Below are positions 18,740 through 28,076 of a stretch of 48,479 nucleotides of DNA, in pieces. The translations under genes and the position numbers were made by a program. The stretch is taken from contig JAUSHC010000002.1 in NCBI GenBank assembly GCA_030648795.1, positions 1 to 48,479 of the forward strand, in the 5' to 3' direction. How positions within the stretch are numbered: position 1 is the first letter of the stretch; every line of letters begins with the position of its first letter. Under the pieces are notes generated by a model that did not search any database, was not told the origin of the DNA, and saw only the letters and a list, made by a program, of their open reading frames with translations. This DNA comes from a bacterium (GTDB lineage Bacteria > Patescibacteriota > Patescibacteriia > JACQSD01).

Positions 18740-19689
18740 AAAAAAATATTCTTATTGTCGGCGGCGCGGGGTATGTCGGCGGCGCGGTGACCGACCTTCT
18801 CTGCAATTCCGATCACACCATCCGTGTCTACGATGCGTTATTCTATGAAGACGCGTATCGAAAACCCATACCGTTTATTCATGGCGACATTCGTGATTAC
18901 GAAAAGTTAGCGCCGCATCTTCGTTGGGCGGATGTGGTGATTTGGCTTGCGGCAATTGTCGGTGATGGAGCAGGAGCGCTTTCGCCGGATGTGACTGAAG
19001 AGGTGAATGTCGCTTCCGTCCAGTGGCTTTCCGATCATTTTGATGGGCGTATAATTTTTCCTTCCACCTCGATGGTGTATGGCGCGCAACCAGGAGCGCT
19101 CGATGAATCTGCGGCGATACAACCTCTTTCTCTCTATGCGAAGACGAAATATGCTGCCGAAGCTATTCTTGCAAAACGGCATGCGCTCATTTTTCGTTTT
19201 GCGACACTTTTTGGCATCGGTGACACATACACACGACCGCGTTTTGATCTTGTCGTTCATCTTTTTACGCGGCAAGCTTTTTTCGATCATCGCATGACAG
19301 TGTTTGGCGGAGAGCAAGCGCGCGCAGTACTTCATGTGCGAGATGCGGCAGCGATGGTTGTTGCGGGGGTTACTTCAAAGGAAGAGGGAGTGTTTAATCT
19401 GCATCATGAAAATGTCACGGTGAAAGACATTGCGCTTCGTATCGAGCACATGATTCCCGGATCGAATGCTGTGGTGACGCCTCGTCCTGACGCAGCCACG
19501 GGTGACTATGCACTCGGGAGTGAGAAGGCGCGTACGTTGTTACACTTTGCACCACGCTATCGTCTTGAAGACGGCATCGCAGAAGTAAAAGCGCTCTTTA
19601 CCGAGGGGCGGTTGCAAAATGTCCTTGATTTGCGGTATAGTAATGAGGAGTTTTTAAAAACACATCCACTGCATTTATGGAAGAAATAA
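18736..19689 (+). CDS. NAD-dependent sugar epimerase/dehydratase (paralog of 3673-4650)
   Basis: ILIVGGAGYVGGAV and YAKTK motifs. Long collinear similarity to the 3673-4650 product. Confidence 0.85.
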   Translation: MKKNILIVGGAGYVGGAVTDLLCNSDHTIRVYDALFYEDAYRKPIPFIHGDIRDYEKLAPHLRWADVVIWLAAIVGDGAGALSPDVTEEVNVASVQWLSDHFDGRIIFPSTSMVYGAQPGALDESAAIQPLSLYAKTKYAAEAILAKRHALIFRFATLFGIGDTYTRPRFDLVVHLFTRQAFFDHRMTVFGGEQARAVLHVRDAAAMVVAGVTSKEEGVFNLHHENVTVKDIALRIEHMIPGSNAVVTPRPDAATGDYALGSEKARTLLHFAPRYRLEDGIAEVKALFTEGRLQNVLDLRYSNEEFLKTHPLHLWKK

Positions 19690-20117
19690 AAATATTTGAA
19701 GGCGGTCTTTCTGTCGATGATCGTGGTACGGTCACGTTTGTCAATGGTTTTACCTTTGCGGGCGTGAAGCGTTTTTATAGCATTCGTAACCATCGAAAAG
19801 GATTTGTACGTGCGTGGCATGCGCACCGGAAAGAAGGAAAGTATGTCGCGATGTTCGCGGGGTCAGCACTTATCGGCGCAGTACCGATTGACAATTGGGA
19901 TCACCCCGCGAAAGACGCAAAAGTTTTTCGCGTTGTTCTCTCAAGCGCAAAACCTTCCATTGTTTATATTCCGCCGGGATATGCGAATGGCGCAATGTCA
20001 CTTTCCGATGACGCAATCATTGTGTATTTTTCGACCGCCTCTATGGAAGAGACAAAGGGTGACGATGTGCGTTACGACGCGCGGTATTGGGATATTTGGA
20101 ACATTGAGGAACGATAG
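19677..20117 (+). CDS. Cupin-fold sugar epimerase/ketoisomerase (RmlC/WxcM-like)
   Basis: 146 aa with an FVRAWHAHRKE histidine motif and a beta-rich cupin-like sequence. Confidence 0.7.
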   Translation: MEEIKIFEGGLSVDDRGTVTFVNGFTFAGVKRFYSIRNHRKGFVRAWHAHRKEGKYVAMFAGSALIGAVPIDNWDHPAKDAKVFRVVLSSAKPSIVYIPPGYANGAMSLSDDAIIVYFSTASMEETKGDDVRYDARYWDIWNIEER

Positions 20118-20129
20118 CACCAAGGATTT

Positions 20130-21140
20130 ATGACACCATTTTTTCTTTATATTTTTTGTATCTTTCTTTTTTCGTGCGGAGCAACAGGGGCTGTACGATG
20201 GTATGCGTTGCGAAAAAAACTTCTCGACATTCCGAACGATCGCAGTTCTCATACGAATCCAACGCCGCGCGGTGGAGGAATCGCCATTGCGCTTGCAGTA
20301 TTTTTTGCAGTAGTTTTTTTGCGTTTTTTTGATATCATTCCAACGAATTTCGTATGGGCGTTTGTAGGCGGTGGATTTATGATTGTCATAGTGAGTTTTT
20401 TTGACGATCGATATCGTATTCGCGTACGGTATCGTGTATTGGTACATGCTATTGCAGCAGCGTGGGTGTTATATTTTTTAGGTGGGTTCCCATCACTTGA
20501 TATTGGTTTTACAAAATTTTCTTTAGGATGGTTCGGAACGATTTTTGCATTGATTGGTCTTATATGGATGAGCAACCTTTATAATTTTATGGATGGTATT
20601 GATGGGCTTGCAGGGAGCGAAGCCGTGTGGGTGGGGAGTATTGGGGGGTTTTTTTTAGCAAGTTATAGTGCCGGAGGACTTGCATTCGTTGCATTTGCAC
20701 TTGCAGCAGGCGCGGCAGGGTTTTTAGTATGGAATTGGTATCCCGCAAAAATTTTTATGGGAGATGTGGGGAGCGTACTTCTTGGGTTTTCTTTTGGTGT
20801 GCTTGCGCTTTTTGGCGAACGTCTGCATCAAGTGCCGGTGCTTGCATGGGTATTGCTTTTGACGCCTTTTATCGTCGATGCGACCGCAAGTACGGTGCGA
20901 CGGATGTGGAAGCGCGAACGGTGGTTTGATGCGCATCATACGTTTGCGTATCAAAAGGCGGTGGAGCAAGGACATACGCATAGCTGGGTAACCTTGTCTA
21001 TTATGGGATTGAACTCCGTTGTTTTGGTTTTGTTGCTATTAGTTGTTGGAGAGCCGCGTTTTTTGATTCCTGCCCTTATACTCTCTTTTGCTTTCTTTCT
21101 TTATCGTTGGTGGAAAACGCAGTATGCCCATAGTGTATGA
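20130..21140 (+). CDS. Polyprenyl-phosphate HexNAc-1-phosphate transferase (WecA/WbpL-like, MraY family)
   Basis: NLYNFMDGIDGLAG and FMGDVGS motifs in a polytopic protein. Confidence 0.85.
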   Translation: MTPFFLYIFCIFLFSCGATGAVRWYALRKKLLDIPNDRSSHTNPTPRGGGIAIALAVFFAVVFLRFFDIIPTNFVWAFVGGGFMIVIVSFFDDRYRIRVRYRVLVHAIAAAWVLYFLGGFPSLDIGFTKFSLGWFGTIFALIGLIWMSNLYNFMDGIDGLAGSEAVWVGSIGGFFLASYSAGGLAFVAFALAAGAAGFLVWNWYPAKIFMGDVGSVLLGFSFGVLALFGERLHQVPVLAWVLLLTPFIVDATASTVRRMWKRERWFDAHHTFAYQKAVEQGHTHSWVTLSIMGLNSVVLVLLLLVVGEPRFLIPALILSFAFFLYRWWKTQYAHSV

Positions 21141-23098
21141 AAAAAACGCTCAATAATTTTTTACGTCCAACGCACAAAAAAAAATTCATTTTTTTTGTTG
21201 TGGGAGACGCTGTTATTGTCTCTTTCTCTTTGTATTTTTCCTTTCTTCTTCGATTTGATTTTTCGTTGCGTTCTCCGTATGCGGATATTGTCGTGAATGT
21301 ATTACCGCTTTTTCTTGTCGTGAAAATTGCAAGTTTTGCGTTTTTTCATTTGTATCAGTTGAGCTGGCGATTTGTCAGTTTGCGTGATTTTTATAACGCA
21401 CTACGCGCCGTTATCGTTTCGAGTGGGGTAATGATGGCAGCGATTTATTTTTTGCGCATTCCGGCTTTCGAGGGATTTCCGCGCGGCATTATAATTGTCG
21501 ATGCGATTGTGACGCTGTTATTGATTTCATTCTTGCGCGTGTCGAAGCGGGTGATCATTGAAGTGGTGATGGGACAACGAAGACGGGGAGGGAAGAGAAT
21601 GTTGATCATCGGCGCGGGAAATACGGGGGAGATGATACTGCGTGACATGCAAAAAAGTAAGTTTGGTAATTATACGGTTGTGGGTTTTTTGGATGATGAT
21701 CCGAATTGTGTCGGTGCGTATGTGCATGGCGTGAAAGTGTTGGGCGATATTGATTCGTTGTCGGCGCATGTTACCGCGCAGCAGGTTGTGGCGGTGATTA
21801 TCGCAATTCAAACGCTTGGACATGCGCGGTTGCGGGTGATTTATGGTGCGGCAAAAAATGCAGGCGTCAAAGAAGTGAAGATTGTTCCGTCACTGTATGA
21901 TGTGCAACGCCCGGAGATACGCGCACAGGAATTGAAAGACATTAAAATTGAAGATTTGATCGGTCGACAGGCGGTTTCCATTGACTATAAAGAGATCGGG
22001 CGAGCCATTGAAGATAAAACCGTGCTCGTGACGGGTGCGGGAGGTTCCATCGGTTTTGAATTGGTGGATCAAATTTGTAGTTTTCATCCGCGGAAGATAG
22101 TGCTTTTCGAGATAGATGAAACCGAATTATATCGTGCGGAAGTTGTATTAAAACGCAACCATCCGGAATGTGTCGGCAAGATTCATTTGTTAGTCGGTGA
22201 TGTGCGGGATCGCGATCGCCTTGAAAAAGTATTTGCCGCCCATCGTCCCGATATGGTGTTTCATGCAGCGGCATACAAGCATGTGCCGATGATGGAGTAC
22301 AATGCCGGTGAAGCGGTGAAGGTGAACGTGCTTGGTACTTTGAATGTGGCACGCGCGGCACTCGCATGGGGCGCGGATCGGTTCATTATGATTTCGACGG
22401 ATAAAGCAGTACGTCCGACGAGCATCATGGGCGCAACAAAACGCATTGCAGAGAATATTTGCAGGGCGCTCAATACGCATGGAAAGACCGAATACATTTC
22501 GGTTCGTTTTGGGAATGTTTTGGGAAGCCGCGGAAGCGTTTTGCCGCTTTTTTTGGAACAGATTGAGCGAGGTGAGTCTTTGACCGTGACGCATGAAGAC
22601 ATGTTGCGTTATTTCATGACAATCCCGGAGGCGGTCTCATTGGTGTTGCAGGCGAGCGTGATCGGGAGGGGGGGGGACGTTATGGTGTTGGACATGGGAG
22701 AGCCCGTACGCATCGTTGAGCTCGCTGAAGAATTACTGCGTTTGCATGGGTTGGAGCCGTATAAAGATTTGGATATTGAATTTATCGGTCTTCGTCCGGG
22801 AGAAAAGTTGTTTGAGGAGATTCTTACAGCGGAAGAGGGGACGATCGCGACACGCCATGAAAAGATTTTTGTCGCGCGTATGCAGGGCGTAGATTCCATT
22901 GCGGTGATGGAAGATATGGTGCGCCGTTTTGAGCAGCATGTGCAGCTCGGCGATGACGATGGTAAAGATATCAAGCGTCTTTTGCAGGAATATGTTAAAT
23001 GGCATGATGGTGGGAAAGAAAGTGGGTATAACAATCGTGATGCATCCCCGATTCTTATCCCATCGCTTGTGAATAAAACGGATGATTCCGTCCGCTAG
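21137..23098 (+). CDS. CapD/WbpM/PglF-like membrane-anchored UDP-HexNAc 4,6-dehydratase
   Basis: Four N-terminal TM helices, two Rossmann motifs (LIIGAGNTG, VLVTGAGGSIGFEL) and AAAYKHVP. Confidence 0.9.
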   Translation: MKKTLNNFLRPTHKKKFIFFVVGDAVIVSFSLYFSFLLRFDFSLRSPYADIVVNVLPLFLVVKIASFAFFHLYQLSWRFVSLRDFYNALRAVIVSSGVMMAAIYFLRIPAFEGFPRGIIIVDAIVTLLLISFLRVSKRVIIEVVMGQRRRGGKRMLIIGAGNTGEMILRDMQKSKFGNYTVVGFLDDDPNCVGAYVHGVKVLGDIDSLSAHVTAQQVVAVIIAIQTLGHARLRVIYGAAKNAGVKEVKIVPSLYDVQRPEIRAQELKDIKIEDLIGRQAVSIDYKEIGRAIEDKTVLVTGAGGSIGFELVDQICSFHPRKIVLFEIDETELYRAEVVLKRNHPECVGKIHLLVGDVRDRDRLEKVFAAHRPDMVFHAAAYKHVPMMEYNAGEAVKVNVLGTLNVARAALAWGADRFIMISTDKAVRPTSIMGATKRIAENICRALNTHGKTEYISVRFGNVLGSRGSVLPLFLEQIERGESLTVTHEDMLRYFMTIPEAVSLVLQASVIGRGGDVMVLDMGEPVRIVELAEELLRLHGLEPYKDLDIEFIGLRPGEKLFEEILTAEEGTIATRHEKIFVARMQGVDSIAVMEDMVRRFEQHVQLGDDDGKDIKRLLQEYVKWHDGGKESGYNNRDASPILIPSLVNKTDDSVR

Positions 23099-23103
23099 TT
23101 CTC

Positions 23104-23892
23104 ATGTTTTTATTTATTAAGCTTCTCACGCCAATTTTCTTTTCTCCCCTTGTTTTTGTCGTAGCGATCGGGGCGGGATTTTTTTTCTATCGAAGAAATA
23201 AAAAGTATGGCCGATGGATTATCGTTGCTTCTTTAATCATGCTCTATGCGTTGTCAACGGAGATTGTTGCGCGGAGTTTGGTGACCAGCCTTGAGCGTCG
23301 TGTATCATCTGTTGCTACGGATATGATTCCAGCGGATGTGAGTGCAATCGTCGTGCTTGCGGGCGGTGCGGATAAAAAAGATGCATATCATCCCTTTGCA
23401 GAGCTTGGGGGGGTGAGTTGGCGAAGATTATGGCAGGGGATCGTGCTCTATCGCGTGCTCAATGGTCGCATTCCTCTTTTGTATAGCGGTGGCTCCGGTA
23501 ATCCTTTTGATCCTGTTTCCGATGAGGCCGTTCTTGCAAAAGAGTATGCCGTGAGCGCAGGGATTCCCGCAGAACAATTTTTAATCGAGTCATCATCGCG
23601 CAATACCGCAGAAAGCGGACGTGCCATTAAAACAATACTGGAAAGTGCTTTTCCAAAACAAACTCCGAAGCGCATTGTGCTTGTGACGTCTGCATGGCAC
23701 ATGCCGCGGTCGCTCGCGATTATGCAGCGCGTTGGGATAGATGCGTTGCCGTATTCGGCAGATTTTCGTGGAGGAGTATCGCGTATTTCTTTTGAAGATT
23801 TTTTTCCGTCGAATGGAAGTTTTGTCGCATCATTTTTTGCGTTGCACGAGTGGATTGGAATCGTAGGATATCGGATATTGGGGTGGATTTGA
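23104..23892 (+). CDS. DUF218 (YdcF/ElyC-like) protein
   Basis: N-terminal TM helices, VVLAGG and LVTSAWHMPRS motifs. Confidence 0.75.
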   Translation: MFLFIKLLTPIFFSPLVFVVAIGAGFFFYRRNKKYGRWIIVASLIMLYALSTEIVARSLVTSLERRVSSVATDMIPADVSAIVVLAGGADKKDAYHPFAELGGVSWRRLWQGIVLYRVLNGRIPLLYSGGSGNPFDPVSDEAVLAKEYAVSAGIPAEQFLIESSSRNTAESGRAIKTILESAFPKQTPKRIVLVTSAWHMPRSLAIMQRVGIDALPYSADFRGGVSRISFEDFFPSNGSFVASFFALHEWIGIVGYRILGWI

Positions 23893-23924
23893 TAACTATT
23901 ATTTCTGTGGATAACCATAGAGCT

Positions 23925-23953
23925 TTGATAGTTTAAAGGAAAGTTGGTATAAT
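23925..23953 (+). promoter_or_regulatory. Near-consensus promoter TTGATA-17 nt-TATAAT upstream of the surface protein gene
   Basis: Hexamers at 23925-23930 and 23948-23953 within an AT-rich 180-nt intergenic region. Confidence 0.6.
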
Positions 23954-24073
23954 AATAGGTGAGTGTTAATAAGTATTCAAATATAAACCGTCTTTTCACT
24001 AATGAAGAGGCGTTTGAATCTTCTTTAAATAAATAAAATTGGCATACATTAGCCATAATCTAAATAAAAAACT

Positions 24074-25489
24074 ATGGGAAGACAGATAAAGACAATCTAT
24101 AAGAAAGCAGAGTCATCGTTCAACAATCCGGAACACAAGAAGAAGTGGCAGGGGGGCATCGGTATCCTTGTCATGGTTGTTTTTGTCTTATCATCGGTAC
24201 TTTTTAATAACACAGTACAAGCATTGAACCAAGCAGCAGGAAACTATGGGTATTACAGTGGAAGCTATGGGTACGGCGGAGCATCCGATTCTTCTCGAAT
24301 AACCTCTGATGCGCCTCCAGCAGTAGCTACGGTTTCCATTGCTAATCGATCGGCGGGAGGGTTGACAGTAACAGCAACAGCGCCAACGTTGACGACATTG
24401 AGTACGAGCATAGAAGGTACTGGAACACTTTATTTATATAGCGGCTCTTCATGCTCTGGAACTGCAGTGACCTCGGGGTCGGCAGCAGCGGGCGGAACAT
24501 TGTCTTATGAGGCTTCAAGCGACACGAGTTCTGGTACGACGTATACATATTGTGCGAAGTACACGGATGTGAACCTTAACGACAGTACCGCTGCAACAGG
24601 TAGTTCAGTCGGGTACGCAGTATCAAGCGGCGGTGGTTCTTATTCTCCATCACAGACGATCGGTCAGGTTCCAACCCCAACACAAACAGTATCGCAAAAT
24701 ACTCCAGTCGCACCTTCACTTGGTAAGGTAAATCTAGGAAACACCGCAGAGGTAGCAAATGCATATAATGTTACTCAAGCGAATTTAGAGAAAAAGCTAC
24801 CAGCTGTGGGTACGGCACTTACTAATGGATTAAAGGGCGTGGGGCTTACGGATCTGGGTACGTCGGGAGCTTCGATAAAAAATGTTTTTGCGGGCATTAT
24901 GGCTAAGGGTGGCTTCCTTTCTACGGATGCACGTATTAGTTCATACCTCAATGTGTTCTTTTCGGAAGAGTTTGGTCTTGGTAAGGCGGCGTTACAAGAA
25001 ATAGCTACCTTGAGTCCCGAAAATTTAAAAATTGTTATCGAATCTGTCATTGCTCCCGCAGCCTTGGGTAATGATGTAAAGCGTACTCCTGAACTTGCGA
25101 AGGCTTCTCCAAAAACGAATGCGAAGATTGAGAAACTCGAAAAAAACTCAATCGGTATTATAGGGAAAACAATTGGGGCTGATCCGAAGGTTATTGCAGC
25201 TGCTGCAGGAGTAAAAACTCACAGCACATGGTTTGAGGTTGTACATAGATTTGCGAACAATATCGTTCCGGGTACCTTTAACAAAGATCGTGAATTGAAA
25301 GCAAATGATATCGTGTACAAAAAGTTTGTGAAAGGGAAGGTTATAAGTGGGAAGACATTCAAGAGTCTTGGAGATCTTGGAACTTTCGTGAAGAATTCAA
25401 AGAATAAAGCTAGCAAGCAAGCAGTAACTCTCTACAATACTAGTACTAGACTCTCCAATGCAGTTGCTTATAGTGGTTGGGATCTCTAA
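24074..25489 (+). CDS. Membrane-anchored or secreted Ser/Thr/Gly/Ala-rich surface protein
   Basis: One N-terminal TM helix, a low-complexity S/T/G/A region, then a Lys-rich C-terminal half. Has its own promoter and terminator. Confidence 0.6.
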   Translation: MGRQIKTIYKKAESSFNNPEHKKKWQGGIGILVMVVFVLSSVLFNNTVQALNQAAGNYGYYSGSYGYGGASDSSRITSDAPPAVATVSIANRSAGGLTVTATAPTLTTLSTSIEGTGTLYLYSGSSCSGTAVTSGSAAAGGTLSYEASSDTSSGTTYTYCAKYTDVNLNDSTAATGSSVGYAVSSGGGSYSPSQTIGQVPTPTQTVSQNTPVAPSLGKVNLGNTAEVANAYNVTQANLEKKLPAVGTALTNGLKGVGLTDLGTSGASIKNVFAGIMAKGGFLSTDARISSYLNVFFSEEFGLGKAALQEIATLSPENLKIVIESVIAPAALGNDVKRTPELAKASPKTNAKIEKLEKNSIGIIGKTIGADPKVIAAAAGVKTHSTWFEVVHRFANNIVPGTFNKDRELKANDIVYKKFVKGKVISGKTFKSLGDLGTFVKNSKNKASKQAVTLYNTSTRLSNAVAYSGWDL

Positions 25490-25505
25490 AGCTTAATCAA
25501 TTCGG

Positions 25506-25537
25506 AAACCCTTCGCATTAAAAGCGGAGGGTTTTTC
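25506..25537 (+). terminator. Rho-independent terminator after the surface protein gene
   Basis: AAACCCTTCGC, a loop, GCGGAGGGTTT, then a T-run. Confidence 0.6.
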
Positions 25538-25543
25538 GTTTAT

Positions 25544-27034
25544 ATGCAAAAGATTGTTTTTCCTTTGAGCGTTATTGTTGGCGTTGTTTTTGGTACAACA
25601 CCGAGTGTTGTGCAATTATTCGGTGGCGAGATAACGTTTTTATTTTTTGTAGTTGCATTATGCGCGGGTGTGGCGCTTTCCTGGTGTTGGCAGAATACTC
25701 GACTTCGCATTGTTTTGTTAGTCGTTTTGTTCTTTGTCTTTGGGCTTTGGCGGGGGAGCGCTGTTACGCTTACGGATGAGGTCGTAAGCCCTAAACGTTT
25801 TTCGGGGACAGGCGTCGTTGTCACTGCGCCGTACATTCGAGGGAAAACGCAGGTGTTTGATGTGCGAGTAGATCGTACAACACCGAGTGTTGCTTCAACA
25901 CTCGGTGTTAACGATCGTATAACACTCGGTGTTATTGATCTCGGTGTTGTGACAGGGCAATATCCTCGCTACCGCTATGGGGATGCGCTTTCGATTGATT
26001 GTAAAAGCATAAAAGAGGGGAGCTGCTTTTTTCCGAGTATCCATACATTGGGTGAGGGGAGGGGAAGTTGGGTGTTGTCATTTCTTATCGTCGTGAAGAA
26101 TCATCTTGTCCAAGGGCTCGCGCGCGTACTTCCGGAACCGCATGCGAGTTTTGCGGCGGCGCTTCTTTTGGGCGAGCGTGCTGCATTGCCGAAAGAAATA
26201 AGCGACGCATTTCAAATAACCGGCACAACACACATTGTTGCAGTCTCCGGAACACACGTTGTTATTTTGGGAGAATTTTTGAAAGTCATTCTGGGGCTTG
26301 TTGCGATTCCGATTCGTTTTCGACGTGGCGCGGTTGCTGTTCTCCTTGTATTTTTTACGGCGATGATCGGAGCGCCGGCAAGCGCGGTGCGCGGGCTTAT
26401 TTTTGGACTTATCTTACTCCTTGCAGAGTCAACGGGTCGTCCACGCGCGATGTCCGTTGCGATTGCCACGACCGCCGCAGTACTTCTTCTTGTGCGACCG
26501 GTGTTTCTTTTTGATCTTGGCTTTCAGCTTTCATTTCTCGCAGTCATTGGCATCGTGTATGGTGTGCCCGTGATCAGTCGATTTGTGGATCCTCTTCTTC
26601 CTTTACACTACTTCTTTCGCTCCGCAATAGCTCTTGGTATTATATCGTTTGCCGCGACCGTCATGACAACCCCGCTTCTTGTCGCCACGTTCGGCCGTTT
26701 GTCGCTTATTGGTATTGCGGCGAATATCGTTGTTGCGCCATTGGTTGAACCGGCGACGATCGCAACGCTCGTCGTCGCTCTGCTTGCGGTTCTCCACCCG
26801 TTTATTGCTTTGCCGTTCGGAATTTTACTTTTTGGCATCCTTGGCGCCATGACGAGTGTGATTACTTTTTTTGCAAAGATTCCGGGGGCGGCGCTTGCGG
26901 TGACGCCGATGTCGCCGCTCGTACTCTTTGTTTTATACGCTATTCTTTTTACTGCGCTTTTTTGGCAGTGGCTAAAACTTTCACCATGGGAAAGGAACTT
27001 CTCACTCGAAAAAACATCGCGATCGGCGCAGTAG
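25544..27034 (+). CDS. comEC: ComEC/Rec2 DNA-uptake channel, membrane (DUF4131 + Competence) part
   Basis: Polytopic protein with the ITGTTHIVAVSGTHVVILG motif characteristic of the ComEC competence domain. Confidence 0.85.
   Translation: MQKIVFPLSVIVGVVFGTTPSVVQLFGGEITFLFFVVALCAGVALSWCWQNTRLRIVLLVVLFFVFGLWRGSAVTLTDEVVSPKRFSGTGVVVTAPYIRGKTQVFDVRVDRTTPSVASTLGVNDRITLGVIDLGVVTGQYPRYRYGDALSIDCKSIKEGSCFFPSIHTLGEGRGSWVLSFLIVVKNHLVQGLARVLPEPHASFAAALLLGERAALPKEISDAFQITGTTHIVAVSGTHVVILGEFLKVILGLVAIPIRFRRGAVAVLLVFFTAMIGAPASAVRGLIFGLILLLAESTGRPRAMSVAIATTAAVLLLVRPVFLFDLGFQLSFLAVIGIVYGVPVISRFVDPLLPLHYFFRSAIALGIISFAATVMTTPLLVATFGRLSLIGIAANIVVAPLVEPATIATLVVALLAVLHPFIALPFGILLFGILGAMTSVITFFAKIPGAALAVTPMSPLVLFVLYAILFTALFWQWLKLSPWERNFSLEKTSRSAQ
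25871..25950. repeat. Cluster of AACACCGAGTGTT / AACACTCGGTGTT palindromic repeats inside comEC
   Basis: Hairpin at 25871-25916 with a stem of about 20 bp. Further copies at 25921-25933 and 25597-25609. The arms are shared with the ndk terminator. Confidence 0.9.
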
Positions 27035-27864
27035 CGCTGTTGATTGTCTTTGCGTCGTTTTTACCGCAACTTATCAACCGTCACCGACTTACGATCGACG
27101 TTTTTGATATCGGGCAGGGCGATTCCACGCTTATCACAACGCCGACAGGGGAACATATTTTGGTTGATGGCGGTCCGGATGCGAGTGTGGTTGCGAAACT
27201 CTCCCAGCGTCTTGGTTTTTTTGATCGAACAATCGACCTTGTCATCGCGACGCATCCGCAGGCGGATCACATTACCGGGCTTCTTTCCGTACTCGATCGT
27301 TTCACGGTAAAGCGCGTGATGCTCACCACGATCAAGAATGAGACGCCGGAGTACCGGGTACTTCGAGAGAAGATTACCGAGAAGCATGTTGCACGCACGG
27401 ATATTGCCGATGCGCCTCATGTGGATTTTGGCGATAGCCGCGGGGTTTCGTTGGATGTGCTGTGGCCCGAGCGTTCATACAGCGGCAGGCTTGTGGATGA
27501 CCCGAATATCGTTTCAGCTGTTTTTCGTTTGACGTATGGCGAGGCGAGTTTTCTTTTTACCGGCGATGCAGGAAGCGAAATAGAGCAGCAACTGTTGGAA
27601 GGAGGCGCGGATCTCCACGCGGACGTGTTGAAGGTCGGGCATCACGGGAGTGACACGTCGACGACACAAGCGTTTCTTGACGCGGTTCTCCCGTCCGTTG
27701 CGGTTATTTCTGTCGGGCGTAAGAATACGTTTGGGCACCCAAGCCGTCGTGTGCTCCGTCGCCTTGAACGTGCGGGTTCTGCAATCTATCGTACGGATAG
27801 CAACGGTGACGTCCATATCACAAGCGACGGAAAAGAAATTCGCGTCACCCCGCAGCTTCGGTAG
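26986..27864 (+). CDS. ComEC metallo-beta-lactamase domain encoded as a separate overlapping ORF
   Basis: VFDIGQGDS, ATHPQADHITG and KVGHHGS motifs with an N-terminal TM helix. Lies in a different frame from the upstream ORF and overlaps it. Confidence 0.8.
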   Translation: MGKELLTRKNIAIGAVALLIVFASFLPQLINRHRLTIDVFDIGQGDSTLITTPTGEHILVDGGPDASVVAKLSQRLGFFDRTIDLVIATHPQADHITGLLSVLDRFTVKRVMLTTIKNETPEYRVLREKITEKHVARTDIADAPHVDFGDSRGVSLDVLWPERSYSGRLVDDPNIVSAVFRLTYGEASFLFTGDAGSEIEQQLLEGGADLHADVLKVGHHGSDTSTTQAFLDAVLPSVAVISVGRKNTFGHPSRRVLRRLERAGSAIYRTDSNGDVHITSDGKEIRVTPQLR

Positions 27865-28076
27865 TTTCTTTATTGTTATAAAACGGTATACGCGTCGCAC
27901 TCCGGCACATCCCCTTTCGCTTCGTTCGTCCCGACCCAGCCGTCGGGATTCACTGCTTGCCTTCCCGTCGCTCGTCCGACCGCGGTCGGACACCATGCCC
28001 GCTTTGGTCGGCAACGCCGCTCAAGGGAAACGCGCCAGATTGCGCCGTCTGATTTTGGACGGATCTACCGCAGGTG

